Source of the DNA: Octopus sinensis
Lineage: Eukaryota
Assembly: GCF_006345805.1 (NCBI RefSeq)
Contig: NW_021826193.1
Span: forward strand, 1-13,306
Direction: 5' to 3'
Length of the DNA stretch: 13,306 nucleotides
Below, piece by piece: positions 1-8,607 of this stretch (position 1 is the first letter of the stretch; the number at the start of each line of letters is the position of its first letter). The notes under the pieces were generated by a model, which worked only from the letters and a program-made list of their open reading frames with translations, was not told where the DNA came from and did no database searches. Both the position numbers and the translations under genes were made by a program.

Positions 1-97
1 TCATTCTTGGGTTTCCAGTAGGAGTGTAAGAATTTAAGGGCCGAACCACTTGCCTGATTAAGGTTTCTTCTCTGAAGACCTTCTGTTGTTCAGCTCT

Positions 98-236
98 CTC
101 GTCACACAAAATAATCTTTGTTGAAAATTGTGCATCTTGTACGCACCTTGCAAGGTGCCACTCGCAAAAACTCCACACTTCGGTCCGGATTATCATCATT
201 GAAAGCATGGACTATTCTTGGAATGTAACTTTTCAA
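98..236 (-). pseudogene. Tc1/mariner-superfamily transposase fragment (decayed)
   Basis: Manual minus-strand translation gives KSYIPRIVHAFNDDNPDRSVEF, then after a frameshift CEWHLARCVQDAQFSTKIILCDE. This resembles the 'HALNEDDPDRR.EFCEW...I.(W/F)SDE' segment leading to the first catalytic Asp of Tc1-like transposases. Confidence 0.75.
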
Positions 237-242
237 CTCTTG

Positions 243-297
243 AAGGCAATTCTTCAGCATGGCCATTCTCCAATGACTGAAAGCAACGAAAGAATAA
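243..297 (+). mobile_element. SINE family A, 3' tail fragment
   Basis: aaggcaattcttcagcatggccattctccaatgactgaaagcaacgaaagaataaa aligns with the reverse complement of the SINE tails at 5842-5895 and 10841-10903. Confidence 0.7.
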
Positions 298-406
298 ACA
301 AACGCATGTTATTGGATAAGAAGCTGAAATAATAAACCAAACATAGCTAAAGGTCTTGTGTTTGTTATTTCAAACAGATTTCTCAATACAATGCAAAAAC
401 AGGAAG

Positions 407-780
407 ATGTATGTATGTATGTATGTATGTATGTATGTATGTATGTATGTATGTATGTATGTATGTATGTTGTATGTATGTTGTATGTATGTATGTATTT
501 ATGTATGTATTTATCCATGTATATATGCATATATGTATATATATGTACATATGTATATATACATGTATATTATATATATGTGTGTATGTGTGTGTTATAT
601 TTTCTTCCTTACAGTCGTCTGATCTTGTTTTTCAGACACACCCAGGAATGTTGATTTGTTTGTGTATGAAGTTTCGTTTGATTTTGTTTCTGAAGTATAT
701 CTATGTGTATATATAACACTTACATATGTGTATATGTACATATATACACACATGCATATACATTTACATTTGTAAATATG

Positions 781-814
<34 letters not shown>

Positions 815-935
815 AAATGTGTGAGTATATACAGATATGTATATGTATACATATACATAGGTATACATGCGTATATGTATTCATATGTGTATGCATGTAT
901 ATATGTAAGTGAATATACATATATCTTGTTTTCCA
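407..935. repeat. Compound microsatellite: (TATG)n core, degenerate TA/TG/CA tracts and (TA)n at about 778-812
   Basis: Direct reading: near-perfect TATG run at 407-469, then degenerate purine-pyrimidine alternation. Confidence 0.95.
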
Positions 936-1184
936 TCAATCAATTTAAATGTGTGTATTTCTATATTTCTATATGTACATAAATATTTTTCTCATAATGA
1001 TTTTGTCAGAGGAGGAAAGGCAGTGGCCATGACCTGACCATTTTCCTAGAGTTCTGAGACTGGTGAGAGACAAGGATGACGTTCCTTCTAGACCAAAGAT
1101 CTATTCTAACTGGTTGCAATAGAATCGGCTCGGCTCAAGGCACTAGAAGCACAGGTGGTGGTGTTAAACCAGGTGATGGATATA

Positions 1185-1472
1185 TCAGTCATCCCATAAG
1201 TAATGTCCGGATTTTAAATAAGGAAAACAAGTGAGTCTTGCCTTCTAAAATATCGTATTTTAACGTGTATAAGGAACCCTTTTTGTCAAAATTAGGGAAA
1301 AAAATTTGGAAGTTTTTATACATGGATAGTATTATAATCCCTTGCAAAACCTTTTTCCGAATTTTAAGCCCCAAAAGTTAAGGGGTTCCTTATAAACGTC
1401 AAAATCGTACTTCTTAAAGCGTTTACAAATTGAAACTATACAAGTTTTGACATTACTTATGGGATGGCCTGA
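1185..1472. mobile_element. Mariner-type MITE, 288 bp, with TA target-site duplication
   Basis: Left TIR TCAGTCATCCCATAAGTAATGTC (1185-1207). Right TIR GACATTACTTATGGGATGGCCTGA (1449-1472; reverse complement TCAGGCCATCCCATAAGTAATGTC). TA at 1183-1184 and 1473-1474. Confidence 0.85.
1251..1409. mobile_element. Palindromic MITE (pogo/Tigger-like ends) nested inside the 1185-1472 element
   Basis: TATCGTATTTTAACGTGTATAAGGAACCCT (1251-1280) is inverted relative to AGGGGTTCCTTATAAACGTCAAAATCGTA (1381-1409). A second imperfect inner IR pairs aaaattagggaaaaaaatttggaag with cttgcaaaacctttttccgaatttt. Confidence 0.65.
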
Positions 1473-2214
1473 TAGAATACACAAAAATAAATACACTTAT
1501 ATACGTGTAGAACCTTTTCTGCGGGTGAAACTTTTGGTCGTAGTGAAGCGTTGGACTTAAAAATTTCCATGTTATCAAAATTTATCTCGAAACTCAAACA
1601 GAAAATCATAAAATATGACTTGAAGGAGAAAAAGCATTTGTTTCACCAATCCTTATTCCCACTCTCGTAGTTAACTTTATACATCTGAGAGGCCAGGAAT
1701 GTCAATTTCTCACGCATTTCTCTTTAACAGTAATTTTGAACTGGTCTGTCCATGCTTGTATAAGCCGCCTAGAAACTCAAACTTTTCAAACCTTTCATTG
1801 TTCCTAACAGATATTAACCAACTGAGAGTGATTTCTCCCCAACACTTTGTACAGTCATTGTCATACACTGTAACATCATTTAGAGTAGCTCATCATCAGC
1901 AACATTATTACATCAACATCTCGAACAATTTTCGTAACATATCTCTGTTTCTGATTTTACTGTTTGTGGCGGGTATTTCACTACATTGTTTAATGTCTTT
2001 CTTCACAGAATCTGAAAAGAAACTTCAAATGAAAATGTCAAACAGGGGACGTTGAATTTCACCGGCTCCTTGATCTCGTTTGTGCAAGAATAACAGATAA
2101 CTTTTAGGGAAACATCACATGACTGTATCTTTTTTTCAGCTACTGAAACTGGTGCCTATTGATGCAAATACAAATAACTTATTACAGATAGTCTGCCGTG
2201 ATCCTAGAATCCAT

Positions 2215-2226
2215 TATATGTATATA

Positions 2227-2287
<61 letters not shown>

Positions 2288-2298
2288 ATATATATATA
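2215..2298. repeat. (TA)n microsatellite
   Basis: Direct reading. Confidence 0.97.
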
Positions 2299-2412
2299 GT
2301 GCAGGCGGGGCTGTATGGTTAAGAAGCTTGCTTCAAAATCATTGCGCGGCACCTTGGGTCGACCAAAGTCTTGTGAGAAGATTTGGTCTATGGATACTGA
2401 AAGAAGCCGTCT
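2299..2412 (+). mobile_element. SINE family A, 5' part with two internal deletions
   Basis: Aligns with the reverse complement of the heads at about 6090-6255 and 11105-11266. It lacks the B-box segment (…gggttcagtccca…) and the caagtgtcttct…cctcggg segment. Confidence 0.85.
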
Positions 2413-2452
2413 CATATGTATACATATATATAAAGAGCATACATATAAAGAG

Positions 2453-2756
2453 CAATGACCTCCTTCGGTCACGAATGACCATGGGATTGCACTTAGAATG
2501 TTCCCCTCTGAGATACAAGTCCGGGAAAAGTTGTATGCAGCCATCCATGCATACGAGTCTCCCCTCTCCACGTCACCGATGTTATCCAAGGATAAAGCAA
2601 AGATCGATGCAGTTTGGTACCAGTGACGTCGCAACTCACTTCTACAGCTGAGTGAACTAGAACAACGTGAAATAAAATGTCTTGCCCAAGAACACAATAC
2701 ACAGCCCAGTCCGGGAATCGAACTCACAACCTCACGATTGTAAGTCCGACGTCTAA
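2453..2756 (-). mobile_element. tRNA-derived SINE (family B-type head and centre, different 3' tail)
   Basis: The minus strand has a B-box-like GAGTTCGATTCCC followed by ttgtgttcttgggcaagacattttatttcacgttgttctagttcactcagctg, shared with 2980-3229 and 6300-6519. Confidence 0.85.
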
Positions 2757-2979
2757 TGACATAAGATAATTGGTACATATAGCTAACGCTCAGGTTGACC
2801 TGCTGCCTAGACTCAACTTGAACTGCATTGTAAAAGCTGGGACATTATGGATGTATAATGATTGGGTATAGACACTGTTTCAATCGAGCAGTTGCGTGTA
2901 TAAAATTATAAAAGTATAAACAGGCTAACAGCTGGTACCAGGTCAGATTATAGCATTTATATAATTGTATATTGATACA

Positions 2980-3229
2980 GTGGAGGCGCGTGGCTTAGTG
3001 GTTATGGTGTCAGAACCATGATCTTAAAATTGTGGTTTCGATTCCTGGACTGGGCGACGCGTTGTGTTCTTGAGCAAAACACTTCATTTCACGTTGCTCC
3101 AGTCCACTCAGCTGGCAAAAATGAGTAACGCTGCGATGGACTGGCGTCTGGGGAACACATACGCCATATAAACTGGGACCGGGCCCATGAGCCTGGCTGG
3201 GTTTTAAAAAGGGCGCATTAAATTATTAT
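2980..3229 (+). mobile_element. tRNA-derived SINE family B, near full length, 12-bp TSD
   Basis: A-box TGGCTTAGTGG and B-box GGTTTCGATTCC. Perfect direct repeat TATATTGATACA at 2968-2979 and 3230-3241. ATT-rich tail. Confidence 0.9.
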
Positions 3230-3241
3230 TATATTGATACA

Positions 3242-4388
3242 ACATGAAGGTAGTATTGAATGTTATAGGCGTTAGGTCACAAGAGGTCGATAAAGGATCA
3301 GTTGAGGAATGTTCATAATGGTAATGATATATGCTGATATTCTCTCGGGACAGTTATAAGGTAGTTCCAAAATAATGGTATTAGTTAAAGCTGAACATCG
3401 TAGGTAGAATCAAAAGCTGAATGAGAAAAAGAAAGGTGTGCAGGTAGTGTTTTACAGCTGTCTCAAGAATAGATGCCTAGATGGTGCATTTCCTTGAAAG
3501 CAATCAGCAGCCAACATTAAAGTCGTATTCTGTTTTATCATTGGAGAATGAGTGAGATAGGACATTGGAGCAGAGAATATAAGGCCAGAATAAGAGGGAG
3601 AGAAATAGAAACTAACAAACAGGACGAGGGATAAATGTGTAGTTTAAGAGTTAGAGCGGAAGATATGTAGAAAGAGGTGGTTAATGCTGATCTGGGTAGG
3701 AAAAAGGGATGCTAAGTGGGATGGTGTGAAGGGGACCGCGTGTTGAATAACAATGGCTTATGAGACAAATATATTAGAATTATCTGTTAGCTAGACTAGC
3801 CACAGGAGGCGTTATGTAATGAGAGACCTTGAGTTTCAGGGGTGGGGGCGGGAGTGGGCTGGGGTGAAGTACAAGATAAACTATACATAACAATCTGTTG
3901 CTGTGAGGTATCTTGGTAAGTGCAATGTGTGTGGGAAGGAAAGAGTTGTGCTGAGTGTAGGAGGTGAGAGGCCAAAGGAATGAGTGGTAATGTAAGTGTA
4001 CGGTTATAAATCTGCTGAATATGATAGGATTGAAGTTTGTAGGTTTATAAATTATAAGATACATAATGAGGGACAATGAGTGCGCTTTAGATGTATGCGT
4101 TTATTGATGGTTGCCAGAATAATGAATTTATTTATTGCAAGAATAAGGATCTAATATTCAAACATGAAAGTTTAATGAAAAATATGAATATGGTAAAATG
4201 TGGGTTTAGAAGTAGGATAGGAGGAAACAGTAAGTCTTAAAATTTGTACGTTGGCTAAGAATATTGATAAGTGGTTACTAGAAGATAATATTTCAGTAAA
4301 TTGTTGCTAAAATGCAGAGTGAAATAAGAAATTACAGAATGTGACTTTATACGAAGCTCGAGTTGGTGGTAAATTTAGAATAGGGAAA
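3242..4388 (-). other. Strand-asymmetric segment, possibly a very old LINE relic
   Basis: G-rich and C-poor on the + strand by eye, with no long ORF. On the minus strand there are only scattered APE-endonuclease-like words (CLNIRSL at about 4160, DFN at about 3520, IDLL at about 3285), and their spacing fits poorly. Confidence 0.25.
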
Positions 4389-4542
4389 GTGGAGGCGCAA
4401 TGGCCCAGTGGTTAGGGCAGCGAACTCGCGGTCGGAGTATCGCGGTTTCGATTCCCAGACCGTGCATTGTGTGTGTTTATTGAGCGAAAACACCTAAAGC
4501 TCCACGAGGTTCTGGCAGGGAGTAGTGGCGACCCCTGTTGTA
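4389..4542 (+). mobile_element. tRNA-derived SINE family C, 3'-truncated
   Basis: GTGGAGGCGCAATGGCCCAGTGG (A-box) and GGTTTCGATTCCC (B-box). Aligns with the reverse complement of about 9410-9564. Confidence 0.9.
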
Positions 4543-4770
4543 AATCTGCTAAACACGACAAATCTATCTCACTAGCTAACCACATATACAACCGAAAAAT
4601 AATGTACTATGTAATATTTCTTGGTCTATCATCGATACTGAAGTACCATACCAAGGAGTCCAGGCACCGTGCTTTTTATACTTAAAATAGTCTATACAAA
4701 CCCTATAGCATAATCCACTACAATTTCCGAACAGATAAAGCGAAGTGTTTACCACAGATTCTTCAAAACA
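4543..4770 (+). pseudogene. Penelope-like element GIY-YIG endonuclease C-terminal fragment (frameshifted)
   Basis: Manual translation SAKHDKSISLANHIYNRK / NNVLCNISWSIIDTEVPYQG / SRH resembles the PLE C-terminal pattern 'LS.(H/Y)IW.LK.....Y.I.WSI.....PY..GS..C.LC'. Confidence 0.6.
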
Positions 4771-5020
4771 TCGAGTAGCCCATCCCGCTCAAAAGGTCCC
4801 TGAATATGGTTTGTTTAAGGATGCTGAACATCCATGTTTCAAGGGGTGAATTATTCACACTTCAAAGAATTCCTCGCAACACATGACTATGATGCTCCTC
4901 TACTACTTCTGCTCGTGATCAGAGATGCACATATTGCCAGCCACTGAGGAACATTATCAGCTGGTTAAGGTCAAGCAACTGACAAGCAAATCTGTGGTAT
5001 TGAGTAAAATATTTGCTGTA
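4771..5020. repeat. Interspersed non-coding repeat fragment (family not assigned)
   Basis: cgagtagcccatcccgctcaaaaggtccctgaa…gcaaatctgtggtattgag…atttgctgta is recalled as an abundant Octopus dispersed repeat. There is no second copy in the window, so this rests on recall. Confidence 0.4.
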
Positions 5021-5254
5021 AAAGTAGAATATTTGATTATAAGACGATTGTGTGATGTTAAGAAAGGTGTTAGCAATTATGTACATTTAAAAGTAGTTTG
5101 ACACTGTTTGCAGATTAAAACGTTTTGGGAATATCATAGACCATAGTTTTCGTTGGATATGAGCAGTTCTCATGAGCACTATCCTTTGAATTTCTCCCAT
5201 TTTTGGATTTCCTGGTGTCTGAGGTAGGTATCAATCAGCTCCTTTTGAAATCAT
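5021..5254 (-). mobile_element. 5'-truncated R4/Dong-type non-LTR retrotransposon (end of RLE domain plus probable 3' UTR)
   Basis: Minus strand 5254 to 5135 reads MISKGAD*YLPQTPGNPKMGEIQRIVLMRTAHIQRKLWSM, homologous to the C-terminus at 12850-12974 (…TPG…IQKIALLGTAHILRRILS). The left boundary is uncertain. Confidence 0.75.
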
Positions 5255-5431
5255 TATACATAATTAATAACATTAGGGTAATAAAGTTAAAAATTTTTTT
5301 TAAATGTACACTGTATTTTATATGAATAATATATAGTCTATTGACTAATTTTTCTATACGCTAGGCCACTGGTAGTAAAAATTACTAAAATCTTTATTAC
5401 ACTGATGTTATTAATTATGTATAATGGTTTC
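5247..5431. repeat. 40-bp inverted repeat (centre of a foldback or palindromic element)
   Basis: GAAATCATTATACATAATTAATAACATTAGGGTAATAAAG (5247-5286) versus CTTTATTACACTGATGTTATTAATTATGTATAATGGTTTC (5392-5431), 3 mismatches. Confidence 0.8.
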
Positions 5432-5784
5432 TGGTAGATTCGTTCGAAGAAATTGCCGGCATCTTTTTGTTGCCGACAATAAAGACTGCGCTTGCGCGGT
5501 GGATTAAAAAAAAATTAAAATGTATACGCAAGAGGCGCATGCCGGATTGGCCTCGTGTTTATATATTTAATCTTGGCGTCCTTGTTGAAGACTTCACCTG
5601 GTAAATTATTTTATTTACTAAAATAAGTCAGAAACCATGGTCCAGGAAAGATGGTAAATGTTTTTATTTACCTAATTAGAATTTATCCCTAATTAGTGGT
5701 TTGGACTTTAGCTGTTGTTTCTAGCGTAAAGGATTCCTATGATGGAAGCCTCTTAATGTGTCTAACTGTAGACTGTAGACTGTA

Positions 5785-5785
5785 T

Positions 5786-5831
<46 letters not shown>

Positions 5832-5841
5832 TATATATATA
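5785..5841. repeat. (TA)n microsatellite
   Basis: Direct reading. Confidence 0.97.
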
Positions 5842-6255
5842 CTTTTTACTTACCTGTTTCAATCATTTGACTTTGGCCATGCTGGAGCACCGCCTTTAGT
5901 CGAGCACATCGACCCCAGGACTTATTCTTTGTAAGTCTAGTACATGTTCTATCGGTCTCTTTTGCCGAACCGCTAAGTTACGAGGACGTAAACATACTAG
6001 CATCGGTTGTCAAGTGATGTTGGGGGGACAAACACAGACACACAAACACACACACAGACACACACACACATATTATATGTATATAGATACGATGGGTTTC
6101 TTTCAGTTTCCATCTACCAAATCCACTCACAAGGCTTTGGTTGACCCGAGGGTATAATAGAAAACACTTTTGCCCAAGGTGCCACGCAGTGGGACTGAAC
6201 CAGGAACCATGTAGTTCGTAAGCAAGCTACTTAACACACAGCCACTCCTGCGCCT
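5842..6255 (-). mobile_element. SINE family A, near full length, with internal (CA)n/(TA)n tract
   Basis: The minus-strand head AGGCGCAGGAGTGGCTGTGTG…GGTTCAGTCCC (A- and B-box-like) is collinear with 10841-11266. (TA)n flanks both sides. Confidence 0.92.
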
Positions 6256-6299
6256 TTATATATATATATATCAAAAGTGATCAAAGTTCCTTCCTCAAC

Positions 6300-6519
6300 C
6301 ATAGGCTGATAAAACCGATTTCCTGGTTTTTGTGGCGTAAATAATCCCTAGTGGTTGGGACGCTGGTCCATCGTAGGATTACTCAATTTCGCTTGGGGAA
6401 TGGACTGGAGTAACGTGAAATGAAGTGTTTTGCTCAAGAACACGACGCATCGCCCGGTCCAGGAATCGAAACCACAGTCTTACGTTCATGAGTGCAATAC
6501 TCTAACCACTAAGCCACGA
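6300..6519 (-). mobile_element. SINE family B copy
   Basis: The reverse complement matches 2980-3200 (gtggcttagtggttag…gtttcgattcctggaccgggcga…ttcttgagcaaaacacttcatttcacgtt). Confidence 0.85.
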
Positions 6520-6532
6520 CGGTCCTTCTGAC

Positions 6533-6667
6533 AAACCACTTACAAGGTTTGGTTTGTCCCAGAGCTACGGTGTAAAACACCTGCCCAAGGTGTTACGCAG
6601 TGGGACTGAACTTGAAAATATGAGACTGCAAAGCGAATTTCTAAACTACACAGTCATCGATGCGCCT
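6533..6667 (-). mobile_element. SINE family A, diverged 5' fragment
   Basis: ctgcccaaggtgttacgcagtgggactgaac…acacagtcatcgatgcgcct aligns with about 6120-6255. Confidence 0.8.
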
Positions 6668-6712
6668 ATAGCCATGCTTGTGATATATTATCTATTTCAT
6701 ATTGTTTTCAAA

Positions 6713-6913
6713 TTTTGGTACAAGGCCAGCAGTTTCGAGGAAAGGGGATAAGTCAGTCACATTGACCCCAGTGCTCAACTTGTACTTATTTTGCCGACCC
6801 GGAAAGGAATGAAAGGCAAAGTCGGCCATCGCGGAATTTCAGCTTAGAACGTAAAAATGGACGAAACACTGCAAATGATCTTTGCGTGATAACAATTCTG
6901 CTAATTCGCCACT
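6713..6913 (-). mobile_element. Probable SINE family D (diverged)
   Basis: The minus strand has a tRNA-like head (tggcgaattagcagaatt…gttctaagctgaaattccgc). The body cattgaccccagtgctcaacttgtacttatttt resembles the gaccccag…tacttatt/tattct block of family A. Family assignment is partly from recall. Confidence 0.6.
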
Positions 6914-6934
6914 TTAATTGTCTATTTTATATTA

Positions 6935-7464
6935 CTGGGTTGTCCGGAAAGTTCATGCCAATTTATAGTAGCTTACATTTTGACTTATTTTAGAACATGG
7001 TTGAGTCCTTAAAATAGGATTTGACTACACCGCAATTTAGAGCACAGTTTAAGCTATCTTTTCGTGGAAGAAGGTTTATGTTCCTATAACCTGCGTTAAT
7101 TCTGTAACCCTTTAAAATGGAAGATAAGAAAGTTCATTTTCGGCACTTGATGCTTTGGGAACCAGACAAAAATTGTTGCAGCTCGGCTGGGATGTGTTAC
7201 GCCACCCTCCATATTCACCAGATATTGTTAGTCTTAATGGCAAAAATTTCAATTCCTTGGATGACGTAAAAAGATACCTTGATGAATTGTTTGCCATGAA
7301 ACCACCTCAATTCTGGGAAGAGTGTATTTTCAAGTTAAAGGAAAGATGGAGACGCATTGTGCAACAAAATGGTTCATACTTGGTTAATTAAAAATGTAAT
7401 GGCAAGTGTTTATTGACCTTTTTCTTTCCTTTGAAAATCGGCACGAACTTTCCGGACAACCCAA
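6935..7464 (+). mobile_element. Internally deleted mariner (DD34D-type) transposon, 530 bp, both TIRs and TA TSD
   Basis: Left TIR CTGGGTTGTCCGGAAAGTTCATGCCAATTT (6935-6964). Right TIR AAATCGGCACGAACTTTCCGGACAACCCAA (7435-7464). TA at 6933-6934 and 7465-7466. Confidence 0.95.
7117..7391 (+). pseudogene. Mariner transposase remnant: N-terminal 15 codons fused out of frame to the C-terminus
   Basis: ATG at 7117 gives MEDKKVHFRHLMLWE. The other frame gives TRQKLLQLGWDVLRHPPYSPDI-[APSD..LF missing]-SLNGKNF…FWEECIFKLKERWRRIVQQNGSY. HPPYSPD is a mariner signature. Confidence 0.92.
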
Positions 7465-7563
7465 TAATTCTCTTTTGCACAGTCTTGTGGATACGAACTC
7501 TGTAACATTCAGATATCATCTAATGGACGATTTTGATATACACAGTTGTTATTTTGTGTTAAC

Positions 7564-7875
7564 TTTTACTTGTTTCAATCATTAAAATGCGGCCATGCTG
7601 GAGCATCGCCTTAAAGAAATTTTAGTCCAATGAATCAACTCCAGTCCCTTTATTTTTAAAGCCTGGTACTTATTCTATCGATTCCTTTGGTCAGTCAGAC
7701 CCTATCGAAAGCTTTGGTTAGCCCGAGGTATCGAAGGGTTTGGCTGGCTCGAAGCATCGAAGGATTTGGTCGGCCCAAAGCTATTGTAGAAGACATTTGC
7801 CCACGGTGGCATGCAACGGGACTGTACCCGGAACCATGTGGTTGGGAAGCAAGCTTCTTACCACGCAGCCACGCA
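7564..7875 (-). mobile_element. SINE family A copy lacking its middle, with an internal tandem repeat
   Basis: 7564-7680 matches the tail of the other copies and 7760-7875 matches the head. The roughly 180-bp centre is absent. Confidence 0.85.
7676..7786 (+). repeat. 26-27 bp minisatellite, about 4 diverged units
   Basis: TATCGATTCCTTTGGTCAGTCAGACCC | TATCGAAAGCTTTGGTTAGCCCGAGG | TATCGAAGGGTTTGGCTGGCTCGAAG | CATCGAAGGATTTGGTCGGCCCAAAG. Confidence 0.8.
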
Positions 7876-8209
7876 TTATAAACCGTTATTTTTATATATT
7901 TACATGACTCAGAAATGCAATCATTTTTATGTGCATTCATTTCTGTAACACACCAGGCTGTCATTATTATATGCTGTCATTATTATACTATACTTTCTTT
8001 TCGAATTCGAATTTCTTGTGTTGTTTCGATCCGCAGTGGTCCACAGATTCTGCGTAACGTAATTAAGACTCTCTTGATATATGAGTTATCCATCTTCTTA
8101 TCTCTCTTATATCTCTTGTAGCATAGTCATCGTTCACTCGCATTAAACACACATACACACACATATAAGCTATGCAATCTATATAAAATACATATTTTAT
8201 TTACATTAA

Positions 8210-8311
8210 CACGTGTATGTATGTTTGGAGAGAGAGAGAGAGAGAGAGAGAGTAAGAGAGAGGGACCATATTTGTATATATATATATATTATATATATAT
8301 ATATAATATAT

Positions 8312-8391
<80 letters not shown>

Positions 8392-8500
8392 GTGTGTGTG
8401 TGTGTTTATATATGCGTATATACATGTGTGTGTGTGGAGAGAGTGTGTATGCTTGTGTGGAAAACGCACGTGAGTGCATGCACGTTCACATCTATATATT
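8210..8500. repeat. Compound microsatellite (GA)n-(TA)n-(GT)n
   Basis: Direct reading. Confidence 0.95.
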
Positions 8501-8607
8501 TGTAAACTGAATATTTATTTATCCGAGAAAATTAAGAATGTTAAAACGTAGACGGTTTGGCTGTATTGGAAGGAATCAGTTCCAAGCCACTCATGAAATA
8601 TAAACTA

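Noticed and set aside
309-939. ORFs rich in YI/YV/MYV/HTY (also at 2119-2651, 8201-8505, 10057-10550, 10903-11268, 11606-12052, 13067-13258)
   Set aside because: They are translations of TA/TATG/CA microsatellites and SINE sequence, which lack stops by composition. There is no domain-like content.
1870-1900. Minus-strand CTGATGA-T-GAG-CTA-CTC-TAAA
   Set aside because: GAAA is replaced by TAAA, and no UH site with a matching stem I arm was found.
1699-2055. 118-aa + strand ORF
   Set aside because: No recognisable homology. Its composition (S/L/F/H-rich) is typical of a chance ORF in AT-rich DNA.
2980-3060. tRNA gene (also at 4389-4460 and 9490-9564)
   Set aside because: A and B boxes are present, but there is no complete cloverleaf or acceptor stem, and each continues into a SINE body.
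4750-4999. 11-bp inverted repeat TACCACAGATT / AATCTGTGGTA
   Set aside because: It does not coincide with the inferred element boundaries and has no TSD, so it is probably chance.
7676-7786. CRISPR-like array
   Set aside because: The units are adjacent with no unique spacers and derive from SINE sequence, the context is eukaryotic, and there are no cas genes.
7957-7987. Tandem duplication of GCTGTCATTATTATA
   Set aside because: An ordinary short slippage duplication with no further structure.
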